Shown here: positions 31,044-41,566 of the stretch, piece after piece | Layout: the number at the start of each line of letters is the position of its first letter | Position numbering within the stretch: position 1 is the first letter of the stretch | Assembly (NCBI GenBank): GCA_964464605.1 | Contig: CAYXJN010000001.1 | Location: 193,068-257,067 of the forward strand | Source: an uncultured Ignavibacteriales bacterium | GTDB lineage: Bacteria > Zixibacteria > MSB-5A5 > GN15 > FEB-12 | DNA: 64,000 nucleotides | Reading direction: 5' to 3' | Notes under the pieces: generated by a model | Seen by the model: the letters and a program-made list of their open reading frames with translations, nothing else | The model's database searches: none | Told to the model about the DNA's origin: nothing | Made by a program: the position numbers and the translations under genes

Positions 31044-32048
31044 TTACTTTACTCCCTTCAGAAATTCATCCACTACTCTATCAAATTCTTTCGGTTGATC
31101 AATCCAGATACAGGTTCTGGCATTCGGAATCGTTACCGCTTGAATCACTTTGTTCGTTTGCAAAGTCGAGTTCCACCCTATATGACAAAAAGAATTCATG
31201 TAATTTTGTCCCGGGTCATAATACAGCCCTTCTAAACCGGGTTTGATTAAGAGCGTCGGAACGGCAAGAGAATCCAGGTCGAACGTAATATCCTGTGCGT
31301 TGAATTCATTGAGGTAACGAATCCAGACATGCAGCATCGGCTCGGCTGCTTCCCGCCACAACCTAAGCCCCATCACCGGGTTCATCGCATAATCCTGCGG
31401 CAGGAAATTGTTATCATCCCATGTTTCCCGCGTTACCGTTTTAAACCATTTCGGAATCATATACATATCGATAGCAGCAACGCGCTGATTGAGCGGCATA
31501 TGCGGACGGTATATCGAGGTATCAGTCATCACCATCGTCGGTGTTCCGGCCGCTATAATAACCGCTTTAATGTTGTGCTTGTTGCTTAACGCCATCCGCA
31601 AAGCTATCTGCGTTGCGGTCATCCAGTGCGCGACAATAAGCGGATTGTCGATTTTCTCGGTTTCGATAAGTTTTTCAATCGCCTGCATCGCTCCGTTTGT
31701 CCATGACTGTTTGCCGTAACTGACAGTCGTGTCGGGTAGCGGCGGTGCAGGGGTGCCGTCGAAACCGGGTAAGGTCACGGCGTACATCGTGTACTGATCT
31801 TTATGAGCATCCATATACTCCCTAAAAATCCCGCCACCGAAACCGCAACCGGGAATGAGAATCATACTCTGTGATCCAGTTCCGACCTTTTCGAAGCGGC
31901 CAAGTGTTCCAAACTGGCAGGTATTGTACCCCGGCGGTTCGATCAGATTGTTGAGGGTGCTGTCCTGTTTCATTATCCGGACACACTGCTGCTGAGCGCC
32001 GAGCGAACCGGCTATAAGCGTGAGAGTCAGAATTAAGGCAAATTTCAT
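31044..32048 (-). CDS. Secreted alpha/beta-hydrolase-fold protein lacking the canonical nucleophile
   Basis: LIPG and TLPGFDG motifs present, but the elbow reads VAHWMTA and the His loop reads ARTCIW. Confidence 0.75.
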   Translation of the reverse strand: MKFALILTLTLIAGSLGAQQQCVRIMKQDSTLNNLIEPPGYNTCQFGTLGRFEKVGTGSQSMILIPGCGFGGGIFREYMDAHKDQYTMYAVTLPGFDGTPAPPLPDTTVSYGKQSWTNGAMQAIEKLIETEKIDNPLIVAHWMTATQIALRMALSNKHNIKAVIIAAGTPTMVMTDTSIYRPHMPLNQRVAAIDMYMIPKWFKTVTRETWDDNNFLPQDYAMNPVMGLRLWREAAEPMLHVWIRYLNEFNAQDITFDLDSLAVPTLLIKPGLEGLYYDPGQNYMNSFCHIGWNSTLQTNKVIQAVTIPNARTCIWIDQPKEFDRVVDEFLKGVK

Positions 32049-32122
32049 TTTTCCTCCACCGTGTTGAGTGCTGTTTTTTGATAATCAGTACGGGGAAAAA
32101 CGGAATTTGCCTGTTTAGAATC

Positions 32123-32144
32123 GTCTGTTTTTATAAAAACGGAC
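32123..32144. promoter_or_regulatory. 22-bp near-perfect palindrome, candidate operator
   Basis: GTCTGTTTTTATAAAAACGGAC between the AraC gene and the hydrolase-fold gene. Confidence 0.5.
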
Positions 32145-32170
32145 CAGAAACCGACTAAATGTGAGTGGTT

Positions 32171-33286
32171 TCAGTGCTTTTTATAGTCAGAAGGGGTCAT
32201 CCCCGTGACTTTCTTGAATGCACTGTTGAATGATGATTTACTACTGAACCCAGTTTCCAAAGCAATTCCGAAAATAGATAGCGCATCGTATTGCTGGTCC
32301 TTTAGCCGCCGTTTGACCTCTTCCACCCGGTAGTAGTTGATATAATCTGCAAAGTTTTTCCCATGCTCCTCGTTTATCAACTTGGAAAGGTAGCCGGAAG
32401 GAATGCCTATGGCGTCGGCAACTTTGCCCAGTGTTACATCCGGGTCTAAAAAGATCTTCTCGTTTTCAACCAGAACGGTTAGTTTTGCAGCGTATTCCCG
32501 CTTTTGAGCGTCGGAGACATTGAGTGATTGATATTTCCGGGCAAAACCGGGAAAGAGCAGGTGTTCATTTCGGACAATTCCAAACCCCAGATAATAGATG
32601 AGCACCGTATACGCCGAGGTCATGACAAAGTTGATTTCTATCCGATACGTACCGGTGGCAAACGCCCATCCGAACAGAACAACCAACGTGGCAAAACAGA
32701 GCGAAAAAACGACGGCAAGTGTTTTCGCCCAGCGCAGTCGTTCTTCGGTCGGGATGATATAATTTACTTTGGCCGGTGTGTTCATTTCCTTTCGTATCAA
32801 CCGCAGTGTCATGTACAGGTAAATTGATATGTGCACCATATAAGCGGAAAAAGCAAGATACGCCAGCGAGCTTAGACTAAACGCACTGGATAAACCGAAT
32901 TCTATATATTCACGCTTGTAATCTATGTCCTGAAAATACAGCATCGGAGCATAGACAGCATAGATAACCAGAAACGGTATCAGGTGTAACAGATGCACCC
33001 ATGAAAGGCGAAAAGATTGTGATGTAATCGACCGGCAATACAAGTAAATCAGCGGTCCGAATAATAGTATGCTCCCCCGCGAATACCCCATCACGATCGG
33101 GCAGTTCAGCCAGACCTCGGATGCGAACAGCCAATTGTCGAAATTGATAGCAACCAGCAAAAACAAAAGTGCCGCAAACAAATACGTCGCCTGCGAATTA
33201 GTTTTTCGACCAATCAAAAGCAGCGACAAAAAGAAAAGCCCGATTGCAACGCTGGCGAGAAGAACCCATGACCAAAGCGACATCAT
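32171..33286 (-). CDS. Membrane-bound AraC-family regulator
   Basis: About seven TM helices, then 'FADYINYYRV...GFSSKSSFNSAFKKVTGMTPSDY'. Confidence 0.92.
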   Translation of the reverse strand: MMSLWSWVLLASVAIGLFFLSLLLIGRKTNSQATYLFAALLFLLVAINFDNWLFASEVWLNCPIVMGYSRGSILLFGPLIYLYCRSITSQSFRLSWVHLLHLIPFLVIYAVYAPMLYFQDIDYKREYIEFGLSSAFSLSSLAYLAFSAYMVHISIYLYMTLRLIRKEMNTPAKVNYIIPTEERLRWAKTLAVVFSLCFATLVVLFGWAFATGTYRIEINFVMTSAYTVLIYYLGFGIVRNEHLLFPGFARKYQSLNVSDAQKREYAAKLTVLVENEKIFLDPDVTLGKVADAIGIPSGYLSKLINEEHGKNFADYINYYRVEEVKRRLKDQQYDALSIFGIALETGFSSKSSFNSAFKKVTGMTPSDYKKH

Positions 33287-33372
33287 AGGCTAAGAAAGTA
33301 AGATGAGCCATCCGGTTGAGCAACGGCTTTCCGAAGTTGACAACCGGGCCGCAACACTGTATTCGTTACCGC

Positions 33373-33723
33373 ATGCCTATCGCGCTAAAACGAATCTACG
33401 ATGACCCTTCTGCCAAAGATGGCTATCGCGTTTTGGTCGACCGCCTCTGGCCCCGTGGAGTTACCAAAGAAAAAGCAAGGATAGACGCCTGGCCGAAAGA
33501 AATCACGCCGTCGGATGAGCTTCGCAAAAGGTTCCACGCAGATCGCGCACAATGGGCAGAATTCAAAAAGCGGTATCAGGCTGAATTAAAGGAACACAAG
33601 ACCGAGCTGCGTGAGCTGGCAAAACGAGCGGAAAAAGGGAACGTTACCCTGCTGACGGCTGCGAAGGAGATGGATCAGAACCATGCGGTCGTGCTCAAAG
33701 CGTATCTGGAAAAGCTTGGGTAA
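33373..33723 (+). CDS. DUF488/YeaO family protein
   Basis: KRIYD..DGYRVLVDRLWPRG; NHAVVL. Confidence 0.9.
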   Translation: MPIALKRIYDDPSAKDGYRVLVDRLWPRGVTKEKARIDAWPKEITPSDELRKRFHADRAQWAEFKKRYQAELKEHKTELRELAKRAEKGNVTLLTAAKEMDQNHAVVLKAYLEKLG

Positions 33724-33779
33724 TCAAGCCGAGTTAGTTATTATTCGCTGAATCGGACTATTCAAAATACGGAGGATGT

Positions 33780-34715
33780 ATGCGTAGGGTTATCACTGCA
33801 ATTTCATGTATCGCTTTGGTTATTGCCGTTTCAGTAGCAGCAACAGATATACAAACACTCCGGCAGGCGCCGGTTTGGTATCTGAACTACGATGTCACAT
33901 ACACGGCTTCATATGATAGCACCACACCAAACCGGGATGGCGGTACGCGGAGAGTCATGATAACAGTCAGCCGGTCGTTTTCTTCGCAGGAAATGCTCGA
34001 TATGCGAAGCGACGGACCAAGTGTCTATTCCAGCATGATTGTCGGTGCAGATGGAAAAGTGGCAGCCCCCGATATGCAGGCAGTTTTGGCGAATATGGAA
34101 AACGCAGCCAACTGGTCACCCGGCCCGGCCAATTATGCAGATAATGCCACCGATGAAGAAATCAATGCGGCCAACGACGCCCGCATGAAAACACCGGTTG
34201 GACCGGCCAAGCTCGACTACCTTCGCGTAGATGTGTGTGATAACTGTCCGGACGAAATGGGATATCTTCATAAAGTAACCAAACGAACAACGAAAACCAG
34301 TTCAGGGAATGTGCATCCTATGGGATCGACACCGCTCACGCTGGAAATCAATGCCAAAGATAAAAAATATTCACTTTTTCTTACACCCGCTTACACCGAT
34401 ATGGGAACGATGCTCAAATGGGAAACCGTCGACACCGTAGAAACAAAGGGAGAGGCACCTGCGGTAACGAGCAAAAATGGTGAGGTCGGTCTTTCTTTAG
34501 CGCCAAGCCACACCCTTCAACTCGACGATCCGAAGCAAACTGGTTTAGCGATGGTGTTAGTTAAAGGGGATATCGATCCCGCATTAGACAAAATTACCGG
34601 TGAACGAACGATACCGGCAAGCTATAAAGATGGTCAGGAAACGGTTCACGGCACACTTACTGTGCGTTATACCCTTTCAATGACACCGCCGGAAAAAAAT
34701 AATATGAAATACTAG
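33780..34715 (+). CDS. Hypothetical secreted protein
   Basis: GGAGG RBS, signal peptide, 311-aa ORF. Confidence 0.65.
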   Translation: MRRVITAISCIALVIAVSVAATDIQTLRQAPVWYLNYDVTYTASYDSTTPNRDGGTRRVMITVSRSFSSQEMLDMRSDGPSVYSSMIVGADGKVAAPDMQAVLANMENAANWSPGPANYADNATDEEINAANDARMKTPVGPAKLDYLRVDVCDNCPDEMGYLHKVTKRTTKTSSGNVHPMGSTPLTLEINAKDKKYSLFLTPAYTDMGTMLKWETVDTVETKGEAPAVTSKNGEVGLSLAPSHTLQLDDPKQTGLAMVLVKGDIDPALDKITGERTIPASYKDGQETVHGTLTVRYTLSMTPPEKNNMKY

Positions 34716-37546
34716 GCTACAGGTCCGAGATACCGATCGAGCCAGGCCAATACTTCTTTGATAAGTTCACTACGTGGTACGGAATGTCCGAGTGAATAGG
34801 TAAGTCTTTTCTTATGTTCGGCTGGTGTTCCCAATAAATCAAACATCGGTTTTTGCGATGTTTCCACCGGAAAATAAAAGTCATGCTCACCGTTGAGCAT
34901 AAGTGTGGGCTGTTTTACCCGCGTTATATAGTTGATCTGATCAGCTTCCGGCAGAGCACGCTGAAAGAGTAAACCGGCGACATAAAGAATATTCGCCTTG
35001 ATTCGTTTTTCAACTGCCGGCATAATGGCACCCATCGCACCGCCCCAACTAATTCCATAATACGCCAGCTTATCCGCATCTATATCGCTTCTGGTTTCCA
35101 GATAATCGATCGAGCGAGCCAGATCTTTGTACCACATGATAACATGGTCTTTGTAAAATGCTGTTTCTTCTTGGTAGTCCGACTTCATTTCACCGCCGCG
35201 CTGATATGTTCCCTTATATACGGGATGCAGCACCGCTCGACCGCTTTTTAAAAGAAAATCAGTTCGCCGCAGCTCACCGGAGCCGAAAGTCCTCACATGA
35301 ATGGCCAGCGAGCCGGGAAAAATGATTACAGTTTGTAGCGGCGGTTTTGGATTGGCAGGAAGGTACAAATAGGCAACCATCGGTTCACCGCCATACGCTG
35401 CCGGGAAGGTAATCATCTGCCGCTTTCCATACAAAGTATCTTCTTCAGCTTCAATAACCGCATTGAGCGGTGTTTTGTCGTAAGTAAATTGACGGACAAA
35501 GAAGCTGAACACATCATCGGAGACAGGTGTCTCTTTTCTGAAATCACGAAACGGAAAATCAATTTTTCTGGTGAGATTTACCTGATTCGGTTCATCACCG
35601 ATAGTACGCGTACAACGAAAACCGTTCGTTCGCGATCGGTCGAACGCCGATTGGGCGTAAGCATCCGTAAACGCATATTCAGGATCATTCCACCCGCCGC
35701 CAAGAATCATCCGATTTCCCGGCTTATCATATTCATTCCATACCCACTCCCGCACATTCCCGGCGAGATCATGTACGCCGAATCGATTTACACTTCGCGT
35801 ACTGCCTACCGGTACCGGCCCGCGATTACTGAAATTCGCAAACGGGATAATTTGTGAACTCGCAATTGCAAACGCTGTCCGGTTCCAGTGGAAGATACTC
35901 GGCAGCGTCTTTTTTGCCCATGCTGCATAGGCGACTGCTTCATACCAACTAACGCCTACTACCGGTAACGCATCTTCTCCTTGCGGGTATTCACCAAACT
36001 CCCAAAACGCCGGCCCCGGTTGTCCGACTAAGTCAGTAAATTTTGTTATCGCTACTTCCCACGACAGCGTTCGGTCTCCGTCTATGAACGGCTCCTGCCA
36101 ATACTCTTTAGTTCGATACCCACCGGCATCGACAAACGCCTTATATTCACGATTCGTGACCGGATGGCGATCGTACAAAAATGAAGCCATCGGTTCCTCC
36201 GGCAGATGATCAACACCCGGCATAAAGAGTGGAAATTGTCCTGCTGGTACTCGTTCCATTTCATCCGGAATTTCTCCCGGTTTCACGAGCTGAAAATGCC
36301 AAAGCGATTTTTGCCGGTCGGTTGCGCCAAACGCGGTTAATTCTACAACATGGAAAATGTCATGAGCAGTGCGAAATTCCGGCAATTCCAATCTCACACG
36401 GGTGATTCCTCGTGGAAAACGAACCGCTTCCATTGATGTTGTCCCTAAATTGACCCAATCAGTTTCGGCAGCGCCATAGCGCTGAATGAAAACGCTCGCA
36501 CCTGGCGGATCGGAGGTGATCGATATCTGACGTGAAAATTCCGGCCAGAGGCGTTCAAGCTGCGGTTCATCAGGAATAAGTTGAGCAATTTCACTGGCTA
36601 ATGAAAACGCCGACCATGCTTCCGGCCCTTCGTCAAATGCCTGAATTTTATCGATAATGCGAACAAGCTCCGGAATTGCCTCATTTCGCGCCCAACTTTG
36701 GAGTTTCTTTACCGCTTCCCCAAATTCACCGGCATTAGCAAATCGTTTTGATGCATCTTTTTCAAGACAGCGGCCAATAATCATCTGAAGATGCGAAGGA
36801 ATTGGCTGGCTTCTTTGCGCTACTACTTCTGGTGATATATGCAGAATCGCACTCAGAATTTTTACACTGTTCGAACCGTCAAAAAGTCGCTCTCCGGTCG
36901 TCATCTCAAACAACACACACCCAAGCGCAAAAATATCAGCGCGGGCATCAACCTCTTTTCCTTCAAGCTGCTCCGGTGACAAATAGGCCAATGTTCCGAT
37001 AATTTCACCGCGTGTGGTTAGCGGGCTATCCATTGTTTTTGTTTGAGTGGGTGCGGTATCTGTGAACGGTGTGGCCGGTCGCGAGAGTCCGAAATCAAGC
37101 AGCTTAATTCCAGACTTGGTAAGCATTAAATTGCCGGGTTTCAGGTCACGATGCACCACGCCTGCTTCGTGCGCTTTTCCCAACGCATCTGCAATCTGTC
37201 CTGCTAACTTCAAAACTTCATTTATGGGTAGTGCACCTTTTTCCAGTCGATGCGCGAGTGATTCCCCTTCGATAAACTCCATTACCAAATAGTCGGTGTC
37301 GTTTTCACTGCCGATATCGTAGAGCGTACAGATATGCGGATGATTCAATTGCGAAATAGTGCGTGCTTCCCGTTCAAAACGTCCGCGCGCTTCCGGTGAG
37401 GTAGACAAATACTGTGAAAGAACTTTGATGGCAACTTCACGTCCCAGCCGCGTGTCTCGGGCGCGATAAACTACCCCCATTCCCCCTTCACCTAATTGAT
37501 TGACAATTTCGTATGCGCCGAGTCGAGTTCCGGAAGTTAAGTTCAT
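34712..37546 (-). CDS. Ser/Thr kinase fused to PEGA-like, FGE-sulfatase-like and C-terminal serine hydrolase domains
   Basis: GEGGMG, VAIK, HRDLKPGN, DFG; PVTNREY, AGNVREW, NGFRC; GISWGG, D and H of a hydrolase triad. Confidence 0.88.
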   Translation of the reverse strand: MNLTSGTRLGAYEIVNQLGEGGMGVVYRARDTRLGREVAIKVLSQYLSTSPEARGRFEREARTISQLNHPHICTLYDIGSENDTDYLVMEFIEGESLAHRLEKGALPINEVLKLAGQIADALGKAHEAGVVHRDLKPGNLMLTKSGIKLLDFGLSRPATPFTDTAPTQTKTMDSPLTTRGEIIGTLAYLSPEQLEGKEVDARADIFALGCVLFEMTTGERLFDGSNSVKILSAILHISPEVVAQRSQPIPSHLQMIIGRCLEKDASKRFANAGEFGEAVKKLQSWARNEAIPELVRIIDKIQAFDEGPEAWSAFSLASEIAQLIPDEPQLERLWPEFSRQISITSDPPGASVFIQRYGAAETDWVNLGTTSMEAVRFPRGITRVRLELPEFRTAHDIFHVVELTAFGATDRQKSLWHFQLVKPGEIPDEMERVPAGQFPLFMPGVDHLPEEPMASFLYDRHPVTNREYKAFVDAGGYRTKEYWQEPFIDGDRTLSWEVAITKFTDLVGQPGPAFWEFGEYPQGEDALPVVGVSWYEAVAYAAWAKKTLPSIFHWNRTAFAIASSQIIPFANFSNRGPVPVGSTRSVNRFGVHDLAGNVREWVWNEYDKPGNRMILGGGWNDPEYAFTDAYAQSAFDRSRTNGFRCTRTIGDEPNQVNLTRKIDFPFRDFRKETPVSDDVFSFFVRQFTYDKTPLNAVIEAEEDTLYGKRQMITFPAAYGGEPMVAYLYLPANPKPPLQTVIIFPGSLAIHVRTFGSGELRRTDFLLKSGRAVLHPVYKGTYQRGGEMKSDYQEETAFYKDHVIMWYKDLARSIDYLETRSDIDADKLAYYGISWGGAMGAIMPAVEKRIKANILYVAGLLFQRALPEADQINYITRVKQPTLMLNGEHDFYFPVETSQKPMFDLLGTPAEHKKRLTYSLGHSVPRSELIKEVLAWLDRYLGPVA

Positions 37547-37563
37547 ATGCTGTGATGGGAGTG

Positions 37564-39801
37564 CTAATCCAGCCCGATCTTTTTCATTAGCGGCAGCCAG
37601 CGCGGGTCAGTGTGCAATGATTTCATTAAGGGATGTGCCTTGGTTAACGGCATACCTGAATCACGACCTTCGTACCCACGTTCAAGCCACTCGAACGCCT
37701 TGTCATTTTCACCACGATAGGCATAAACGCCGGCGATTTGGAATGCCCACTGTTCCCCTTCTGCAATAAGTGCGTGTAACTGCCGATCAGAATCAGCTTT
37801 TTTCCCAAGCGCATATGAAGCCATCGCTTGTCCGCAGAATCGGTACCCGGGTTGCCTTTCGTTTTCGATCAATCGTGCTGCTTCCTCATGTTTCCCTTGA
37901 AGCAGAGCAATCCAGCTAAGTCCCAAATGGATCGTAGTCATATCAGGACTCATCTCAACGGCACGAAGCATCGTCTCACGAGCTTCGTCCAATCGGCCGG
38001 CAAAGGTGCAGACGCGGCCAAGTTCCCTGCGCGCCCACGGATTGAGCGGATCAAGTTCGATAGCTTTCCTTGCAAAGCGGATAGCCTCATCAAAATTGCC
38101 AACTAACATTTCGCCTAAAGCAGCAGTGGTCACAATCGTGCTGTCATTTGGCGCAAGTTCGTATGCCCGGCGAATCGCTGACACACACTCTTTTACGCGC
38201 AGTTCCAATGCGCCAGATACAAAATGTATAGCAAGAAGCGCTTCCGGCAATTGGTCATCAAGCGCGAGCGCTTTTTCCGCAGCTTCTTTCGCTAACGGAT
38301 ATTCCTCATGGTAATCTGAGTGACCATAGGCAACACGGGCGGCATAAACGTAGCCGAGGCCTGCCCAGGCACGGGCGTTTTGTTGATCATTCTCCAAAGC
38401 CTTTTTATAGAGATCAACTGCCATTGCTAAACTCTCTTTGGTCATCAAAAGCTGCGATTGATGCGCCCGCAACACCAATGAATAACATTCCGGATTAACC
38501 TTCTTCTTTTCTTCAGAAACGCCAACCAACGTGACATGCATCGCGGTCGACACCGCTTTAGCAATATCATCCTGCACGGCAAAAATATCATCAAGCACCC
38601 GGTCGTAGGTTTCTGACCAGAGATGGAAACCGTCGACGGTATTCACTAATTGCGCCGTGATGCGAACGCGATTTCCTCCTTTGCGGACACTTCCTTCTAA
38701 AATCGTGCTCACACCGAGTTTCTTGCCGATCTCGCGTAAATCTTCCTGTTTTCCCTTGAAGGCGAATGATGAGGTGCGGCCAATCACTTTCAGTTCCGGA
38801 TTCTTGGCGAGGACATTGAGCAGTTCTTCAGTGAGACCATCCGAGAAATATTCATTCTCTTTATCCGCGCTCATATTGGCAAACGGCAGTACGGCAATGG
38901 ATGGACGCAATGCACCCACCGAACCGGTGGAAACATATTGTGCCGAGGCAAGTGACTTCTCCACCAAACGAAGATCTGCTGATAGGTCAGCTGCCGATTG
39001 GTAGCGCTCAGTGACATTTTTTGCAAGGCACTTGGTAACGATACGCTGTAATTCCGGTGAAACATCGGACTTATACCGGGCTAACGGATCCGGTACTTCA
39101 TTCACTATCGCGTGTAATGTTGCGGCGTCATTGTTCTTCTTAAACGGCGTACGCCCTGCAATAAACTCATAGAGTACCACGCCTAATGAAAACAGATCTG
39201 AGCGATGGTCGATTTCTATCCCCTGCGCCTGCTCTGGTGACATGTACGCAACTGTCCCGAATGTCGTACCCGCTTTGGTGAGCATCGCTTCGCCTTGAAC
39301 GGCTGCTAAACCAAAATCGAGAATTTTGGGGCGATGATCGTTGTCGATAATGATATTTGCGGATTTGATATCCCGGTGGATGATTCCCTGCTGGTGCGCC
39401 TTCGCTAATCCGTCGCACATCTGAATAGCGATAGGAAGTATTTTTTCAAGCGATAATTGCGAATTAGTAACAAACGTATTAAGCGATTGCCCTTCGACAT
39501 ACTCCATCACGATAAACGGACGGTTCTCGAATTCACTGACTTCATGAATAATGATAATATTCGGGTGATTAATAGTTGCCGCCGCCCGCGCTTCCCGTAC
39601 AAACCGCGTTCGTGAATCCGGGTCGCTTTCGTACATAGCCGGTAGAAACTTCAGCGCGACTTTGCGGCCGAGCTTGCTGTCTTCCGCCAGATACACTTCC
39701 CCCATCCCCCCGGCGCCGATTTTATCGACAATAGTATAGTGGGTTATACGGGTTCCTTTGGTAGGAATAAAGTGGGATCTGGTTTTGTCGTCGTCAGCCA
39801 T
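37564..39801 (-). CDS. Ser/Thr kinase with TolB-like and TPR domains
   Basis: GAGGMG, HRDIKSAN, DFG; 'SIAVLPFANMS..EYFSDGLTEE'; TPR repeats. Confidence 0.92.
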   Translation of the reverse strand: MADDDKTRSHFIPTKGTRITHYTIVDKIGAGGMGEVYLAEDSKLGRKVALKFLPAMYESDPDSRTRFVREARAAATINHPNIIIIHEVSEFENRPFIVMEYVEGQSLNTFVTNSQLSLEKILPIAIQMCDGLAKAHQQGIIHRDIKSANIIIDNDHRPKILDFGLAAVQGEAMLTKAGTTFGTVAYMSPEQAQGIEIDHRSDLFSLGVVLYEFIAGRTPFKKNNDAATLHAIVNEVPDPLARYKSDVSPELQRIVTKCLAKNVTERYQSAADLSADLRLVEKSLASAQYVSTGSVGALRPSIAVLPFANMSADKENEYFSDGLTEELLNVLAKNPELKVIGRTSSFAFKGKQEDLREIGKKLGVSTILEGSVRKGGNRVRITAQLVNTVDGFHLWSETYDRVLDDIFAVQDDIAKAVSTAMHVTLVGVSEEKKKVNPECYSLVLRAHQSQLLMTKESLAMAVDLYKKALENDQQNARAWAGLGYVYAARVAYGHSDYHEEYPLAKEAAEKALALDDQLPEALLAIHFVSGALELRVKECVSAIRRAYELAPNDSTIVTTAALGEMLVGNFDEAIRFARKAIELDPLNPWARRELGRVCTFAGRLDEARETMLRAVEMSPDMTTIHLGLSWIALLQGKHEEAARLIENERQPGYRFCGQAMASYALGKKADSDRQLHALIAEGEQWAFQIAGVYAYRGENDKAFEWLERGYEGRDSGMPLTKAHPLMKSLHTDPRWLPLMKKIGLD

Positions 39802-39855
39802 TCGGGGAAGATAGAAAAAGCCGGTTTACGGCACAAGACCATTACTGCCTATCAT

Positions 39856-40059
39856 TTGCAGGGGGATATTAATCACAGCGGTTCAATAACAGTTGCGGAT
39901 TTGGTGATGTTCGTCAGTTACCTATTCAACGGAGGAGCAGCCCCTAACCCAGTTGGCGTAGCCGACATCAATTGCTCCGGCTTGGTCACTATTCAGGATA
40001 TTGTTGCCTTGGTTGCATATTTATTCAATAACGGCCCTTCTCCATGTCCCGGTTGCTAA
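39856..40059 (+). CDS. Stand-alone dockerin type I-like domain (small protein or remnant)
   Basis: Two Ca-binding repeats GDINHSGSITVADL..YLF and ADINCSGLVTIQDI..YLF. No signal peptide; start uncertain. Confidence 0.65.
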   Translation: MQGDINHSGSITVADLVMFVSYLFNGGAAPNPVGVADINCSGLVTIQDIVALVAYLFNNGPSPCPGC

Positions 40060-40096
40060 TCCTGCTCGTCAGGCTTACATTCAAAACAGGAGTTTC

Positions 40097-41542
40097 ATGA
40101 AACGAGTTAGTTTATTCATTGCAGCCATCTTAATACTTTGCACAACAGAGGTGCATTCACAACAAACAGTTACCGCAGACTCTCAAACGAATGTTATTGG
40201 TGAATCATTTATTGCAGGTGTCAATTCGGAATCAAATGCAGATCGAATTAAAATCATACAGCGTGTTTATGCTCAGTCCTCAATACAAGAGTTAGGAGAA
40301 GACAAGCTGATCGGATTATTCGAGCGGCTTCGAACCGATTATGGTATGCTCACTCATCACCACAGTGAAACCGCCGGAAATTATATGCACCTGTATGCAC
40401 GCCTGGCCAAAGACTCAAGTTGGCGGGATTTTCAATTTCAAATCGAAGCGCAAGCTCCTCGTAGATTAGTAAAAATCGTTTTCATTGCTGAAGTTACCGA
40501 GCCGGTTTATCTGCCAAACAGCGCCATAGATGAACCGTTTACGATAAACTGGCTGGACAATTACATCAGCAACCTGGAAAAAGAAAATGATTTAGCCGCC
40601 GGTGTTCTGCTTGCACGCGGAGACTCCATTTTCTTCGAGCGGTATGTCGGCTATGCCGATCTCCAGCGGACGAAAAAAGTCGATGCTTCCACCCTATTCA
40701 CTCTTGCCTCCGGTAACAAAATGTTTACCGCGATTGCTATCATACAGCTTGAAAATGCCGGAAAGCTCAAACTGACCGATACGCTCGTAAAATACTTCCC
40801 CGATTTTCCGAATAAGACATTTATTACGTCAGCGACTATTCATCACCTGCTGTCTCACACCTCTGGATTAGGGGATTTCTTCGGCGAAAGTTACGATAAA
40901 GCCAAGGACAGTATCACTGAACTCAAACAGATGTTGCCGTTTGTATATGATGACAGTATTTCCTTTTCCCCCGGTAGCGCATTTCAGTACAGTAATTCCG
41001 GGTTTATATTGGCCGGGCTTATAATTGAAAATGTATCCGGTCTCAATTATTTCGATTATGTGAAAAAGAATATCTACGCGCCGCTGGGAATGTCTGTTAC
41101 TGATTCGTATTCGCGATACAATACCGATGTTCTTTTAGCAGAGCCACTATCAAAAGCAAAAGAGGGTGGATGGAAATTGGCGAGTCTGGGAAAACGTGGT
41201 TCATCTGCCGGCGGTGGATATTCTACTCCGCGAGAGATGCTAAAATTTGCGCGTGGTCTAAAGAGCGGCACTTTTCTTGAAAAAACCGATCTTGACAGTA
41301 TGATTGGTCAAAAAAATAAAGGACTGGAAGATTCATACCCATATGGCTATGGATTCACACTGAGCGTGAAGCGCAATCGACTGATTTCGTATGGGCACGG
41401 AGGAATCGCCGCAGGTGTTAATTTCGAGTTTCAGTATTATCCGGGTGAAGATGTAACAATGATATTGTTCAGTAATCAGGATAACGGCGCATACGATGAT
41501 CTTCGTAAGAATATCATTAAATTGATATCTGGTGATAGATAA
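40097..41542 (+). CDS. Serine hydrolase, beta-lactamase family
   Basis: SGNK, LLSHTSG, YSN, YGHGG; signal peptide; AGGAG RBS. Confidence 0.9.
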   Translation: MKRVSLFIAAILILCTTEVHSQQTVTADSQTNVIGESFIAGVNSESNADRIKIIQRVYAQSSIQELGEDKLIGLFERLRTDYGMLTHHHSETAGNYMHLYARLAKDSSWRDFQFQIEAQAPRRLVKIVFIAEVTEPVYLPNSAIDEPFTINWLDNYISNLEKENDLAAGVLLARGDSIFFERYVGYADLQRTKKVDASTLFTLASGNKMFTAIAIIQLENAGKLKLTDTLVKYFPDFPNKTFITSATIHHLLSHTSGLGDFFGESYDKAKDSITELKQMLPFVYDDSISFSPGSAFQYSNSGFILAGLIIENVSGLNYFDYVKKNIYAPLGMSVTDSYSRYNTDVLLAEPLSKAKEGGWKLASLGKRGSSAGGGYSTPREMLKFARGLKSGTFLEKTDLDSMIGQKNKGLEDSYPYGYGFTLSVKRNRLISYGHGGIAAGVNFEFQYYPGEDVTMILFSNQDNGAYDDLRKNIIKLISGDR

Positions 41543-41566
41543 TGTTATCACTTCTCCGCAATAGTC

